Shown here piece by piece: positions 17,428-27,404 of a DNA stretch of 42,873 bases. Numbering within the stretch: position 1 is the stretch's first letter; every line of letters begins with the position of its first letter. This DNA is from Candidatus Sigynarchaeum calidifontis (GTDB taxonomy: Archaea > Asgardarchaeota > Lokiarchaeia > Sigyniarchaeales > Sigyniarchaeaceae). A program made the translations under genes and the position numbers. A model generated the notes under the pieces. It did not search any database. It worked only from the letters and a program-made list of their open reading frames with translations, and was not told where the DNA came from. Where the stretch lies: NCBI GenBank assembly GCA_030587475.2, contig JAUQYZ020000157.1:1-42873 (forward strand), read 5' to 3'.

Positions 17428-18372
17428 ATGGGCGGAAAACCGGGCACCAAACTCGACAGCGGGAAAAAAACGAGGATCCCCCGTCAGACGGAGAAATTAA
17501 ATGCAAGGGAAATTGAAAGTGGAGAGAAAATAGCGAAGCAGAGGGCAATTTCGTTCAACGGCATGACCGCGAAGGAATGGGCAGCAGCGAGTAAAAATGT
17601 CTGGAATGACGTGAGCTCCCCCCGGACAGACACGCAGCTGGATCACGGGGCGACTTTCCCGGAGAAGCTGGTCGCTCGCATCATCTCCATCTACTCGCGT
17701 GAAGGCGACCTGGTGCTCGACCCGTTCGTCGGTACCGGGACCACGCTCGCCGCGTGCTTCAACACGAGACGGAATGGAACGGGCATCGAGCTGAACAAGC
17801 AATTTTTCTTGTCTGCCGAGAAGATCACCAAGAAAGAACGACAGCCCGCGCCCGTGAAACTGGTTGCCATTAACGATGACTGCAGGAACGTGCTGCACTA
17901 CGTGGATCCCGAAAGCGTCCAGCTAGTCGTTACCTCGCCCCCGTACGCGAATTTTATCCAGAAGTCGGAGGAAGACCGGAGAAAAACGCACAAGAACTCG
18001 ATCATCACGAAAGAAAACAATTCCCGTGTCAAAAAATATTCCGATTTGCCCGAGGATTTCGGAAACTTGCAATACAACGAGTTTCTTTCTGACATCAAGG
18101 CCTTGATGGAGAAGCTGTTTGTCGTCACGAAGAAAGGCGGGTACAACGCGTGGATCGTGAAGGACGCGAGGGACACGCGGCGCGGCATCCCGTACGTCCC
18201 GTTCCACTCGGACTTCGCCAGGCTCGGGGAGGAGGCCGGGTTCAAGTATCACGACTTGATCATCTGGGACCAGAACGAGCAACGCCGGCTCGTCCTTCTA
18301 GGGTATCCATCCGTGTTCTACACGAATCAAAATTGTTCGTTCATCGTCGTGCTCAGAAAGCCAGAACGATGA
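17428..18372 (+). CDS. DNA methyltransferase, M.BslI-like, probably m4C
   Basis: FNGMTAKEW...VW, HGATFPEKL, DPFVGTGTT, VVTSPPY, YSDLPEDFGN..Y..FL, IIWDQ. The motif order and the N-x-L/M-T-x-K-E-W motif match my recollection of M.BslI-type enzymes. Confidence 0.88.
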   Translation: MGGKPGTKLDSGKKTRIPRQTEKLNAREIESGEKIAKQRAISFNGMTAKEWAAASKNVWNDVSSPRTDTQLDHGATFPEKLVARIISIYSREGDLVLDPFVGTGTTLAACFNTRRNGTGIELNKQFFLSAEKITKKERQPAPVKLVAINDDCRNVLHYVDPESVQLVVTSPPYANFIQKSEEDRRKTHKNSIITKENNSRVKKYSDLPEDFGNLQYNEFLSDIKALMEKLFVVTKKGGYNAWIVKDARDTRRGIPYVPFHSDFARLGEEAGFKYHDLIIWDQNEQRRLVLLGYPSVFYTNQNCSFIVVLRKPER

Positions 18373-18525
18373 CCCGTGTTTCGGAATTCTGGAAATGCCG
18401 TACCGCCTTGGACTAAAATCAAGATGTAAAAAAAGGCTCGAACGAACGATTCCTGTGATGGGCGACATCATCGACGGATTCTAGGCCAGATCCGGTATGC
18501 CCGATTCAAGAAAGAAAGGAAATAC

Positions 18526-19233
18526 TCATTTTATGGAATAGAACACGAGGAGCACGCCGGCAATGGCACAGCACGGCTTTGTAATGTCCCTTAGCGGAAT
18601 AAATGCCTCGGGCACCTCGAAGAGGCTTATATCGAGCAGCATGCTGACCAGTATCAACACGACACCGATGAAGGTGATCGTTGCCTTCCTCCTGATATCT
18701 CCCGCGGAACTTTTTATGACGATGATGTATAAAACCAAGATGGCTATGCCAAGAACGGGAGCTATGATAGTTTGAACCCAGAGAGCAATTTTATTCGGGG
18801 GCATAGGACCGATATCGATCTTGAGCAGAATGAGGATCAAGGCGATGATGTCGATGCAGAATGAGATCAGCGCGATGATCATGAAGACAGGCTTGTGATT
18901 GAGGATGTAATGCTCGACTACGCGGAAAACAAACACGATGCTCGCCATCGTGATAGCATACGCGGATACGACCCAAATGGTGTTCAAGAACGTTTCTTCC
19001 GCGGGATAATTCAAGAACAGCTCGTACGAGGATAACAAGAAAAAGATGCGCGTGCAAGCAAAGCAAAAGCCGAACATGGCATAACCTTGCAAGATCTTGC
19101 GCGCGGCCTCATGTTCCTTGTTCCGTGCTTTTACAAGAAGTATGCTGGATCCGACAATGAGTATGACGACGAATGCGACATAAAGCGAGTTGCGCGTCCA
19201 ATCGACCCAATTGGGGGGATAAGCTAGTAGCAT
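18526..19233 (-). CDS. Stand-alone 7TM membrane protein
   Basis: 235 aa with seven hydrophobic segments, basic loops and no soluble output domain. Confidence 0.75.
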   Translation of the reverse strand: MLLAYPPNWVDWTRNSLYVAFVVILIVGSSILLVKARNKEHEAARKILQGYAMFGFCFACTRIFFLLSSYELFLNYPAEETFLNTIWVVSAYAITMASIVFVFRVVEHYILNHKPVFMIIALISFCIDIIALILILLKIDIGPMPPNKIALWVQTIIAPVLGIAILVLYIIVIKSSAGDIRRKATITFIGVVLILVSMLLDISLFEVPEAFIPLRDITKPCCAIAGVLLVFYSIK

Positions 19234-19566
19234 TTTTTTTTGTCACCACATTCCGCAAAGGACATGCTCTCGGTTTAAATCGTGCGGGTGGCACTTATAA
19301 TCCTTTTCGAGGGATTCCGTTGAGAAACGAATGGGCACCACTGAAGCCATGAGATAAAAATCGATATCATTTCAAGCATTTTGCGTTCTTGGGGCATGTA
19401 TATTGAACGATTTCACCATCATCTCAGCTTGAATCTTTGTGATACGCCATCTTAGTGTGCTGGCCGTATCTGAAATTGTTGCAAACAAGTTCGTCAACTC
19501 TTATTCGACAGAGGGGGCCATTTTCGAGAAAAGGGACGATATGGAATTTTCTGATATTTTTTGGAT

Positions 19567-21228
19567 TTAAAAAAGAAAGAGGGTAAATGCACATGCCACG
19601 CCCAAGCAGAAAGCAATTGCCATTTCGATGGCCACGAGAGCCATGGTCGTTGGCCGGGCTTTCATTGCGCCGGTCATGCGGTGGAGCCAACCATGCATGG
19701 TACCACTCGCGTGCTCTACGGGAACCTGGAACAGCCAGTGTTCGACCTTGATGCTGATCACGTTCTTGGGATCGAATGAGGTGATGAAAGTGATCATCAA
19801 AAAACCGGCTCCGATGATAACGTGAAGCGCGATCGTTCCAGGGGAGAGCGGGTTACCGGCCGGGGCAAGCAATGCGGTGATGGAGATATCAAGCCCGATC
19901 AGCAGCGCCGTGCCGATCATGACGACATGGTCGGGCGGAAGAAGCAAGCGGGGGCGCAATACAGGCGCCGGATCAACCATCACTTGCGGGCGGTTGGCCG
20001 CCCCAGGACCAGGATTGATGAAATACTCGTCGTGGAACCATCCCCGCATCGAGAGCACGCTTTCCGGGCCATTTCCGGCACTTCCGCTGCGGATGATGCA
20101 AGATCCACGACCGCAAAAGTCGTTCTTGACCCAATTGACGAGCATTATGCCTCCAAACACGACGAACGGGATCCAGAGCAACTCGCCTGCGTAGACGTAG
20201 AAGGCGCGGCTCACGACGGGAACCAATACCAGGCAAATCCCGAGCACGAGACGCTTGAAATTGGTGGGATGCTCGAGTTCTCGCTTGTTAGCGTTGAATG
20301 CGGAGGGGAACGCCGTTCCGAGGATTCGTTCGAGCAGCGGTGGTTCTTTACGACTTGAAATACGACCAACATTGGGCGGCGCGTGGTAATAAAGGGTGTA
20401 GATCTTTTCACGGGTCATCATGGTCAGTGAATTGCCACCGACGAGGGTTAAAAGGAGAAGCGACACGATCTGGACGCATGCCGACAAGACGTACATGCCA
20501 CCCACGAGAAAGCCCGTTCCGAAAGCGTGGGGGTTCGTTAAAAGCGAGAACCCGTCCACCAGCAACAGAAAGATCTGGAAGCCGAAGAATGCGATCCAGA
20601 GCAACCGGGGGCCCGATGCAGCGTTACTAGCGTGGGCGAACCGAATATCCTTCGTCGGGATCGAGGTGCGGATTTCCGACAAGGGTCGCAGCTCCCGGAT
20701 CATGAGGAGCCCGAATTTTTCGTGCACGACGATCAACTTCACCGCAGCGAGCGCATACGCGACTAGCACCGCTCCAGTTATCAACGGGATGAGGCCGGCT
20801 GGGAACGAGACGGACGGGCCGCCTAGATAAAGCCAGATACCAATCTTGTTCCGGTCCGTGAACCCGATCCCGAGGGTTGCGAACGAAAGCACGCCGACAA
20901 CCACGAGCAGCGTGCCGGCAACCAGGCGCGACCACGGGACGCTGGTCATGCGGTGTTGTCCCGCAGTGCGTCCCGCAGAGGACCATATCCCTCGATAGAC
21001 CGGCCGGACCCGCACGGACCGGTAATAGCAAGCCATGATCGCCACGCCGGCGAAGATCATGGCAACGTAGGCGAACATGCTGAGGTTGTACGAGAACGTG
21101 ACATCGTGGAGCTCGAAGTCGATGGAAAAACCAGGGATCGAGATCCCGAACACGAGCAACAAAAGGGGGATGACCGCCATTCCAAGGCCCCCGAACAAGT
21201 ATTCCACGTGGTGATCCGGCTCGCTCAT
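19567..21228 (-). CDS. Polytopic membrane protein, function unknown
   Basis: 553 aa; pairs of TM helices alternate with short beta-rich soluble segments. ATGA overlap with the upstream gene. Confidence 0.75.
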   Translation of the reverse strand: MSEPDHHVEYLFGGLGMAVIPLLLLVFGISIPGFSIDFELHDVTFSYNLSMFAYVAMIFAGVAIMACYYRSVRVRPVYRGIWSSAGRTAGQHRMTSVPWSRLVAGTLLVVVGVLSFATLGIGFTDRNKIGIWLYLGGPSVSFPAGLIPLITGAVLVAYALAAVKLIVVHEKFGLLMIRELRPLSEIRTSIPTKDIRFAHASNAASGPRLLWIAFFGFQIFLLLVDGFSLLTNPHAFGTGFLVGGMYVLSACVQIVSLLLLTLVGGNSLTMMTREKIYTLYYHAPPNVGRISSRKEPPLLERILGTAFPSAFNANKRELEHPTNFKRLVLGICLVLVPVVSRAFYVYAGELLWIPFVVFGGIMLVNWVKNDFCGRGSCIIRSGSAGNGPESVLSMRGWFHDEYFINPGPGAANRPQVMVDPAPVLRPRLLLPPDHVVMIGTALLIGLDISITALLAPAGNPLSPGTIALHVIIGAGFLMITFITSFDPKNVISIKVEHWLFQVPVEHASGTMHGWLHRMTGAMKARPTTMALVAIEMAIAFCLGVACAFTLFLF

Positions 21229-22778
21229 GGAGATCGCACCCCCGTCGCGTTGATGAAACCGAACCCCCGCATCAGCCAGTAAGGCGTGAGGAACGATAGG
21301 CCGGGGTTTTCGTACAAGAGATTCGTGTTATTATGTGGTATGACGAAAGGATTCCCGCCCCAGGCGTAGAGCCGGGTCTTGCACATGTCGACGGTGAGTG
21401 GCCGGTCATAGAACCCCGTGTATAGCTCGAACTCGAAAAAAAACGGCGCCATGAAGTTCCCGAGCGGATGGTTCTTGAAGAAATTCTGCCACTTGGTGAA
21501 ATCGACGACGTGATATTCCGGGCCGGGCGCAGTTATTGGGCCAAGGACATCAGGATAGTGCGTGAGATTGAACCGCGTGAGCTGGTCTTCGATGTCGCGC
21601 TCGTAATATGCATCCTCGCCGGGGCTCAGGCCGTTCACGATCAAGTGGATCGCATTGAAATGGGCGTTCCGATGTGTCTTCACGTACGACCACATGCCTT
21701 TGTTAAAATTGGAGAGGTATTGCGCCCGCAAGGTCGGGTCATCCTCGAGCAAGAGCAGCCCGAACACGACGTCGATGCCGAAGTTGTACGCGTAATAGTT
21801 GGCCACGATTTCTTGCGCGCCGCCTTCATTGGTGAAAAAAGCATAGCCTCTTTCCACCGCGAAATGATAATATAGCCTGGCGTACTTGTCGGGGTACGCG
21901 ATCGCGCCCATCTTCAGCAATAGCAGCGACCACGTCGCCGCGTTGAAGAACCGCATCTTTTGATCGACACCGGTCGGCCCGCCAAACCCGCCGATCCCGA
22001 GGAAATTGGTCTGCAGCATCCCATTGCAGAGCTGGTCGATCATGAGCGACAAAGTCGAGCGTACCCACGGGTCGTCGACGTACTTGTATGTTATCGCCAA
22101 TCCCCAGTAGAAACCACCGAATTCATCGAGGCTCGTGAAGTCACTGTACCGCCAGTTCTTGTACACGCCTGAACCGTTGTAATAGGCATATGGGGACCTC
22201 GCTCCGCCCACGGAATCGTTGAACAAGGGCATACCGGGCATTGACGCGTGTTCCGGGGCGGCCCACATCCGGGCAAGGATCGCGCCATGTTGCGGGCCAA
22301 GGCCCCCGTTCGGCACCGCGAGCATCATTGACATGCCGTGAACCAACCGGCGTATCACTCGCAGTGCATCTTGCTCCATCGTGGCGTTTCCCTCACGCCT
22401 TGCCGCGAGAAACTTTCCCACGTACGCCGCGATGGCAGTTGCAGACCACAGCGCCCCGTTATCCGTGAACACGTATTTAGAGACGTTCGTATAGTTCGTC
22501 GACGTGAAAAGGGTCGCGACCGTGTAATTGAGCGGCATGTGATATTCCTCGAATCGTCGCTCGTAGAACGCTGCCATGGTCGCGAGATCGTCGTAATTGG
22601 CCAGCTGGAACGCCGTGATCGGCGGCATCTTCGACTCGTCCATGCCGAACGACGGGATTTCCACGTAGAGGTACGAGGCCGTGCCGAAGATCGTGCCGAG
22701 CAGAACGACCGGCAGCAAGACCACCACGGCCATCCCGACTTGTTGTTTCCTGTAGTCCTTGATGTGCTTGATTCGCAT
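21225..22778 (-). CDS. Membrane-anchored extracellular protein, putative alpha/alpha-toroid glycan-active enzyme
   Basis: Basic N-terminus plus one TM helix, aromatic-rich helical body, acidic motifs DNGALWS and DFTSLDE, C-terminal E.PG..FL.PYWL.R and many N-x-S/T sequons. Start ATG 22778. Confidence 0.6.
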   Translation of the reverse strand: MRIKHIKDYRKQQVGMAVVVLLPVVLLGTIFGTASYLYVEIPSFGMDESKMPPITAFQLANYDDLATMAAFYERRFEEYHMPLNYTVATLFTSTNYTNVSKYVFTDNGALWSATAIAAYVGKFLAARREGNATMEQDALRVIRRLVHGMSMMLAVPNGGLGPQHGAILARMWAAPEHASMPGMPLFNDSVGGARSPYAYYNGSGVYKNWRYSDFTSLDEFGGFYWGLAITYKYVDDPWVRSTLSLMIDQLCNGMLQTNFLGIGGFGGPTGVDQKMRFFNAATWSLLLLKMGAIAYPDKYARLYYHFAVERGYAFFTNEGGAQEIVANYYAYNFGIDVVFGLLLLEDDPTLRAQYLSNFNKGMWSYVKTHRNAHFNAIHLIVNGLSPGEDAYYERDIEDQLTRFNLTHYPDVLGPITAPGPEYHVVDFTKWQNFFKNHPLGNFMAPFFFEFELYTGFYDRPLTVDMCKTRLYAWGGNPFVIPHNNTNLLYENPGLSFLTPYWLMRGFGFINATGVRSP

Positions 22779-22834
22779 ATGCCGTTCATTGACGAGTCGG
22801 GTTAAAAATGAGGTCGTGAGGTTTTTGTATATCA

Positions 22835-24928
22835 TCAAAGTGCAAAAAACCGTGGATCCTTGAAATAATAAAGCCGCCCGTCCTCCGCGCCGACCACGAT
22901 GCGTTTTCCGTGCTTCGGCGACCGGCCGTCCCAGCTTTCGGGCACCGTGGCGGGTGCACAGCAATGGTGGCCAAACGTGATGATGGAAAAGTCGTCACCC
23001 ATTTTTTCGCCCAAGATTTCGAATCTATTGACCGACCAGTCGTTAATCGTCCCGCGTGATCGTAATCGTGCCACGACTGCGAGCTGCGTGGTGTAAGACC
23101 CGAATGACGTGCCGGCGGGGGTGCCGACGAGGAGGTCCGGGACTTCGGACTCGCCGCGAATGGCCTCGAACTTCAGCCGCCCGCGGGCCCCGCCGTGCTT
23201 GCCGGCTCCGAACGTCGTCCCGTCCGGGCACGCGATCACGCCCGCATATCTTAAATTAGTGCCGTGGAGGTGGAAGACCGTGCAATTGTTCTGGGGATCG
23301 AGCGTGACGAGGAAATTTCCTGCCGGGATGGAGAACACGGCGGGCCGCGTGCGCCACGCCACCCGCATGGGCTTACCATCATGTCCCCGGAGAACCTCAC
23401 GACGGCCATCCGGGGTGATGAGCCACAAGTATTCGGAAATATCACCCGAGATCACGACGCGATTGCCGTCCCCCGACATGTCGAACACGCAGGGACAGGT
23501 ATATCCCCAGCGCTCCTCGGTCGTGCCTTGCACGGAGCCAACAGGGCCGGCCTGGATGCGGAGCCGTGTATACGGGGAAAGCCGGCTTGCCAATGGAACG
23601 CGTTTTCTTGTATCGAGCTGGATCTTGGTGTATCGACCCGCGCCAGATCCCAACACGGCAACATGTTCGTCCACGAAACTTGGAACCACGAGGATGTCCT
23701 CTTTAAAATGATCCCCAAGAGCAAGAACCGGATGGTCATCCGGACACTCGATCCAAAGGCTATCGTCATTTAACTTGAACTTTACAACTTGGGTGAGACC
23801 ATATTCGCCGGAAAGGACAATTCGACCTGTAAGCCGCCCAGCGGTATCGAGTTCCATCGATGCCGTCCCGATGCAACCGTGGATCGCCGGTATTTTTCCC
23901 CCCTCGACTTTAACCGGGCGTTCCTTGAATGTCAGCCCCGGCCCGACCCGCTTGAAATATTGTATCTCGCCGACGAAATCGACGGTTAAAAGATGGCCGC
24001 CCGGTAGGATGCAAGCGCCCGCGTCTGCGAATGTCGTTACTGGTTCGCCGTTTTCCAACTTACATGTACCCGCATATTCAAACGCACTTTCACATCCATC
24101 ATCCATATCGATGTTTGGTAAGACCCCTTGCCCGTTACCCGCGAACACGGCGAACAAACACGTGGGGGATTTCCCCCGGTAGGTGCGCGCCAGGCTGAAA
24201 TCGCAAGGTCCATTACGAGGAAGCACGCTGCACAAGATATCATCCTTGGCTAATCCCCCGAAGAGGTCCTTGCAATCCAAGTGCACGTGGCCATCGACGG
24301 GGTCGTCCTTGGCCGCGCGCTGATATGGCGTAAGTGCCTTGCTACCCCAAAATGGGAGCCGTTCGTCCCGGCGAGGGTCGTGGCCCGCATCATCACCTTC
24401 GCGCTGGACATACGGGCGATACGCGAGGGAATTCCACCGTTCCCCATCCGGATAGTACCCGTCCCCAGCCCAGTCCTTCAGCGTGATGAGCACGTCCGGC
24501 TTGCCGTCGCCGGTGATGTCTCCCACGGCGATGTTGTGGCCTTCCCGGGCAGGGAAGTTGGGGATCCCGGCGTGCGAAAGGACGGGGTATGCCGCACCGG
24601 GCAACGGGTGCAGCCGCTCATCGACGGGATGGTAAAGCACGGTCGCCCATTGGCTCTCGTAGGTGAGAAAACCCCCGCCGGGCCACCAAGCAATCGCTCC
24701 GCCAGGCAAATCGAGAAATTCCTTTGTCCCGTAGAGACCGGTCGCGACATCTCGGTATTGAGCGGTCACACCACCGAGGCAATACCGTTCCAAGCTGCTC
24801 AAAACTAGCACGTCGCCGATCATGATGCTGGTGTTCCATAAACCGCCAGCAGCAGGCCCAGTGTCGTTTTGCAATACAAGTATAGACGGATCGCGCGCCA
24901 GGACCTCCTTGACTCGAATATGCTTCAT
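22835..24928 (-). CDS. FG-GAP/VCBS-repeat beta-propeller protein
   Basis: GDITGDGKPDVLI, FDMSGDGNRVVISG, PDLLVG, GSVQGTTEERWGYTCP, IVVGAEDGRLYYF. Start ATG 24928 with a T5A6 box ~25 nt upstream. Confidence 0.75.
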   Translation of the reverse strand: MKHIRVKEVLARDPSILVLQNDTGPAAGGLWNTSIMIGDVLVLSSLERYCLGGVTAQYRDVATGLYGTKEFLDLPGGAIAWWPGGGFLTYESQWATVLYHPVDERLHPLPGAAYPVLSHAGIPNFPAREGHNIAVGDITGDGKPDVLITLKDWAGDGYYPDGERWNSLAYRPYVQREGDDAGHDPRRDERLPFWGSKALTPYQRAAKDDPVDGHVHLDCKDLFGGLAKDDILCSVLPRNGPCDFSLARTYRGKSPTCLFAVFAGNGQGVLPNIDMDDGCESAFEYAGTCKLENGEPVTTFADAGACILPGGHLLTVDFVGEIQYFKRVGPGLTFKERPVKVEGGKIPAIHGCIGTASMELDTAGRLTGRIVLSGEYGLTQVVKFKLNDDSLWIECPDDHPVLALGDHFKEDILVVPSFVDEHVAVLGSGAGRYTKIQLDTRKRVPLASRLSPYTRLRIQAGPVGSVQGTTEERWGYTCPCVFDMSGDGNRVVISGDISEYLWLITPDGRREVLRGHDGKPMRVAWRTRPAVFSIPAGNFLVTLDPQNNCTVFHLHGTNLRYAGVIACPDGTTFGAGKHGGARGRLKFEAIRGESEVPDLLVGTPAGTSFGSYTTQLAVVARLRSRGTINDWSVNRFEILGEKMGDDFSIITFGHHCCAPATVPESWDGRSPKHGKRIVVGAEDGRLYYFKDPRFFAL

Positions 24929-25061
24929 ACTCGAGGTGAAAGAGCGTCTTTTTAAAAAAGCCCTTTGTTCTATAGGAGTGAGGGAAACGTTGGACCTTTG
25001 AATTCGAGATGTGTACCTCCTCAACCGAGATCCAGAAAACGATCGAGATGTTACATTACCA

Positions 25062-26132
25062 ATGGCCGAACTTGCTACACTTTCATACTATTTCCTCAAT
25101 TTCGTCTTTCTTTATAGCTTTGGCCTCTTGCTCGTCATGAAATCTGTCAAAAAAAAGTTTAGCAACGTGATCTATTTTGGCATCGCAATCATTGTCAATT
25201 CTTTCTTCTTTGCTAGCAAACTACTTTATATCTTGCTTGACATCCAAGCAGGAATGGTGGTGATACCCGAAATCCCATTCATCTTGAGTCTAGTCCCGGG
25301 GATCATCTTCATCAAGAAGACATTTTATGCAGACAAGAATATGCCGATTGTTTTGCTTGTCTGGGTTATTTACGCTGTGTCGGCGATTGTTTCAATCACG
25401 TCCGGTTTTCTTGAGGAATTCACTCGAGGTGACATGGCATTCAAGACTGCCAGGTATATAGCGGATGATCTCGTCGTCTATCCAGTGATCTTCTCGTGGA
25501 ACATCGTGAATGGCATTCGGGAATACAAGCGAAACTTGAAGAGTGCAACACGCTTCGTCAGGAGCCGGTTCATCTATTTCGCACTGGGACATGGTTCTGG
25601 AATTGTTTCAGGTTTTTTCGATTTTTTGAGCGGGATTGTTAGCCCGTTTTTCTATTCTTTCTACGCGCCTCTCTCCGTGTTCTGCGCCGTCTTCTACGGG
25701 CTCTTCATGTACTTGACATGGTTCCCGCCAGCGTTACTCAAAAAGGAAAAAATTGATGAAATCCCGGGCATTGCATTTTTACAAAATAAATCCAACTTCT
25801 CAGAAGAAATGGTTGGTCCTGAACAAGTTACAGGAAGCGTTTCCAATCTTGCACAGAAGATGCAAGCCATAGAGTACCTCGGTGCAATTCTTGCACGGCA
25901 TATCAATAAAAGTCCTGCCGCGTGTAGCGGGTTGATCTTGACGTGTGTTGAGGACCAGTTCGGACAAGGCTCAGTATATCGCATGGATATCAAGCAAATC
26001 GAAGCAATTATCTCGGACATTCTCCCGAGAAGGTTGGGCATGTTAGGGGTCTCGAGGGTAGATGAAGCAATCGCTGCTTTGCGGAGCACGCTTAAAAACA
26101 ACCTATCGCTCTTGACAATGATGCTCTTCTGA
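25062..26132 (+). CDS. 7TM membrane protein with small C-terminal helical domain
   Basis: Seven hydrophobic segments ending WFPP, a linker, then a ~90-aa helical domain (AIEYLGAILARHINKSPAACSGLI...). Confidence 0.75.
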   Translation: MAELATLSYYFLNFVFLYSFGLLLVMKSVKKKFSNVIYFGIAIIVNSFFFASKLLYILLDIQAGMVVIPEIPFILSLVPGIIFIKKTFYADKNMPIVLLVWVIYAVSAIVSITSGFLEEFTRGDMAFKTARYIADDLVVYPVIFSWNIVNGIREYKRNLKSATRFVRSRFIYFALGHGSGIVSGFFDFLSGIVSPFFYSFYAPLSVFCAVFYGLFMYLTWFPPALLKKEKIDEIPGIAFLQNKSNFSEEMVGPEQVTGSVSNLAQKMQAIEYLGAILARHINKSPAACSGLILTCVEDQFGQGSVYRMDIKQIEAIISDILPRRLGMLGVSRVDEAIAALRSTLKNNLSLLTMMLF

Positions 26133-26424
26133 TTCTCGAGATACTCCCTCTTGAGTTCAATGTCCTTTGGTTTTTACTCGGAGATATTTATTTCATATCT
26201 TGATCATAACCAGAGCGCATCCGGATTATGATATTCTCGATAACATGCTAGTGTTCGATTTGTATAATGAGGTCCAGGTGGGTTTGAGAAGAAATAAGAT
26301 TCAAGAAGAGACTATGGAAGAAATACGGTTACGCTATCCCGAATTCGCGTGAGATTATTCGAGTACGATATGAACGGACTCGAAAACAAGGCGATGCAAT
26401 GAAGAGGGCATTTCAGGAAAAAGG

Positions 26425-27240
26425 CTATTTCGGTTGGTTCGTGGCCACCGTTTTCATGCGATCCAGCGCGCGCTGCTCGAGCCGGGGGATCTTGAACACC
26501 CAATAGTAGAGCACCACGGCGGGCAACCACGTGAAGAACACGGCATACATGCAGTCCGACGCGAAGTGTCTACCAGCACTTATCCTACTGATCGAGAAAA
26601 TGATGCTGAGTACGATTGCGGCGACGAGCCCGGCGTACTTGATCGCGTTGATGATAACGATCTTGGTTCTCGTTTTCTCCCCGAAGATGCGAGCAATGAA
26701 ATCGACGTTGTTGAATGCGAGGAAGATGACGATGAACATCGCGCCGACGGTCACGTGACCCGAGGGAAAACTACTATTAGTGAGTTGGTAGCCATCCAGG
26801 AAAGCTGGTTCCCAGATCCGGTAAAATCGAGGTATTGGTCCACCGAAAATCGAGAGTTGGTCTGGCCGTGGCCTGGACCAACCGATGTAAAAACCAAGGT
26901 CATCATTCCCCTTCAACAGCACGTTGACGATGAGCCCGGGCCCGACAAGGTATGAAACGAGCATGAAAAGCCCGTAGACCAGGAACGGCCTGAAGTATTT
27001 ATTGCAAAGCCCAATTATGAACAAGAACAAGATGATCCCCACCATGATGTAAAGCACGATGTCATCCTTCTCGTTGAAAAATGCCCAAGGCATCGTGCCC
27101 CCGACGGGAAACTGGTTGGAACCCGCGTAGAAGGAAGCCGTGATTACGAGATCCAGGTCGGTGAAGTAGAATATCAAGGTCATCATGGCCGTGAATGCTG
27201 CACCGAGCAACATCGCGATGTACATGGTTTTTAGATGCAT
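26425..27240 (-). CDS. PAP2-family membrane phosphatase
   Basis: All three PAP2 motifs: K...RPRP, SFPSGH, SRISAGRHFASD. Confidence 0.93.
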   Translation of the reverse strand: MHLKTMYIAMLLGAAFTAMMTLIFYFTDLDLVITASFYAGSNQFPVGGTMPWAFFNEKDDIVLYIMVGIILFLFIIGLCNKYFRPFLVYGLFMLVSYLVGPGLIVNVLLKGNDDLGFYIGWSRPRPDQLSIFGGPIPRFYRIWEPAFLDGYQLTNSSFPSGHVTVGAMFIVIFLAFNNVDFIARIFGEKTRTKIVIINAIKYAGLVAAIVLSIIFSISRISAGRHFASDCMYAVFFTWLPAVVLYYWVFKIPRLEQRALDRMKTVATNQPK

Positions 27241-27404
27241 GATTTCAACTCACGCGATATTGTTCGGGGATGGGTGAAAAAAACCTTCTTGCTCGCGGGT
27301 GATAATCGCTCTTCTACCATTAGGAAATCCATCCAATGTTATTAGGCACGGGCTCGAATCAAGGATCAACAAGGTCTATAAAAACGGTCTGAGTTGATCG
27401 ACGC

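Noticed and set aside
26167-26352. 61-aa intergenic ORF
   Set aside because: TTG start, no motif and no supporting signals.
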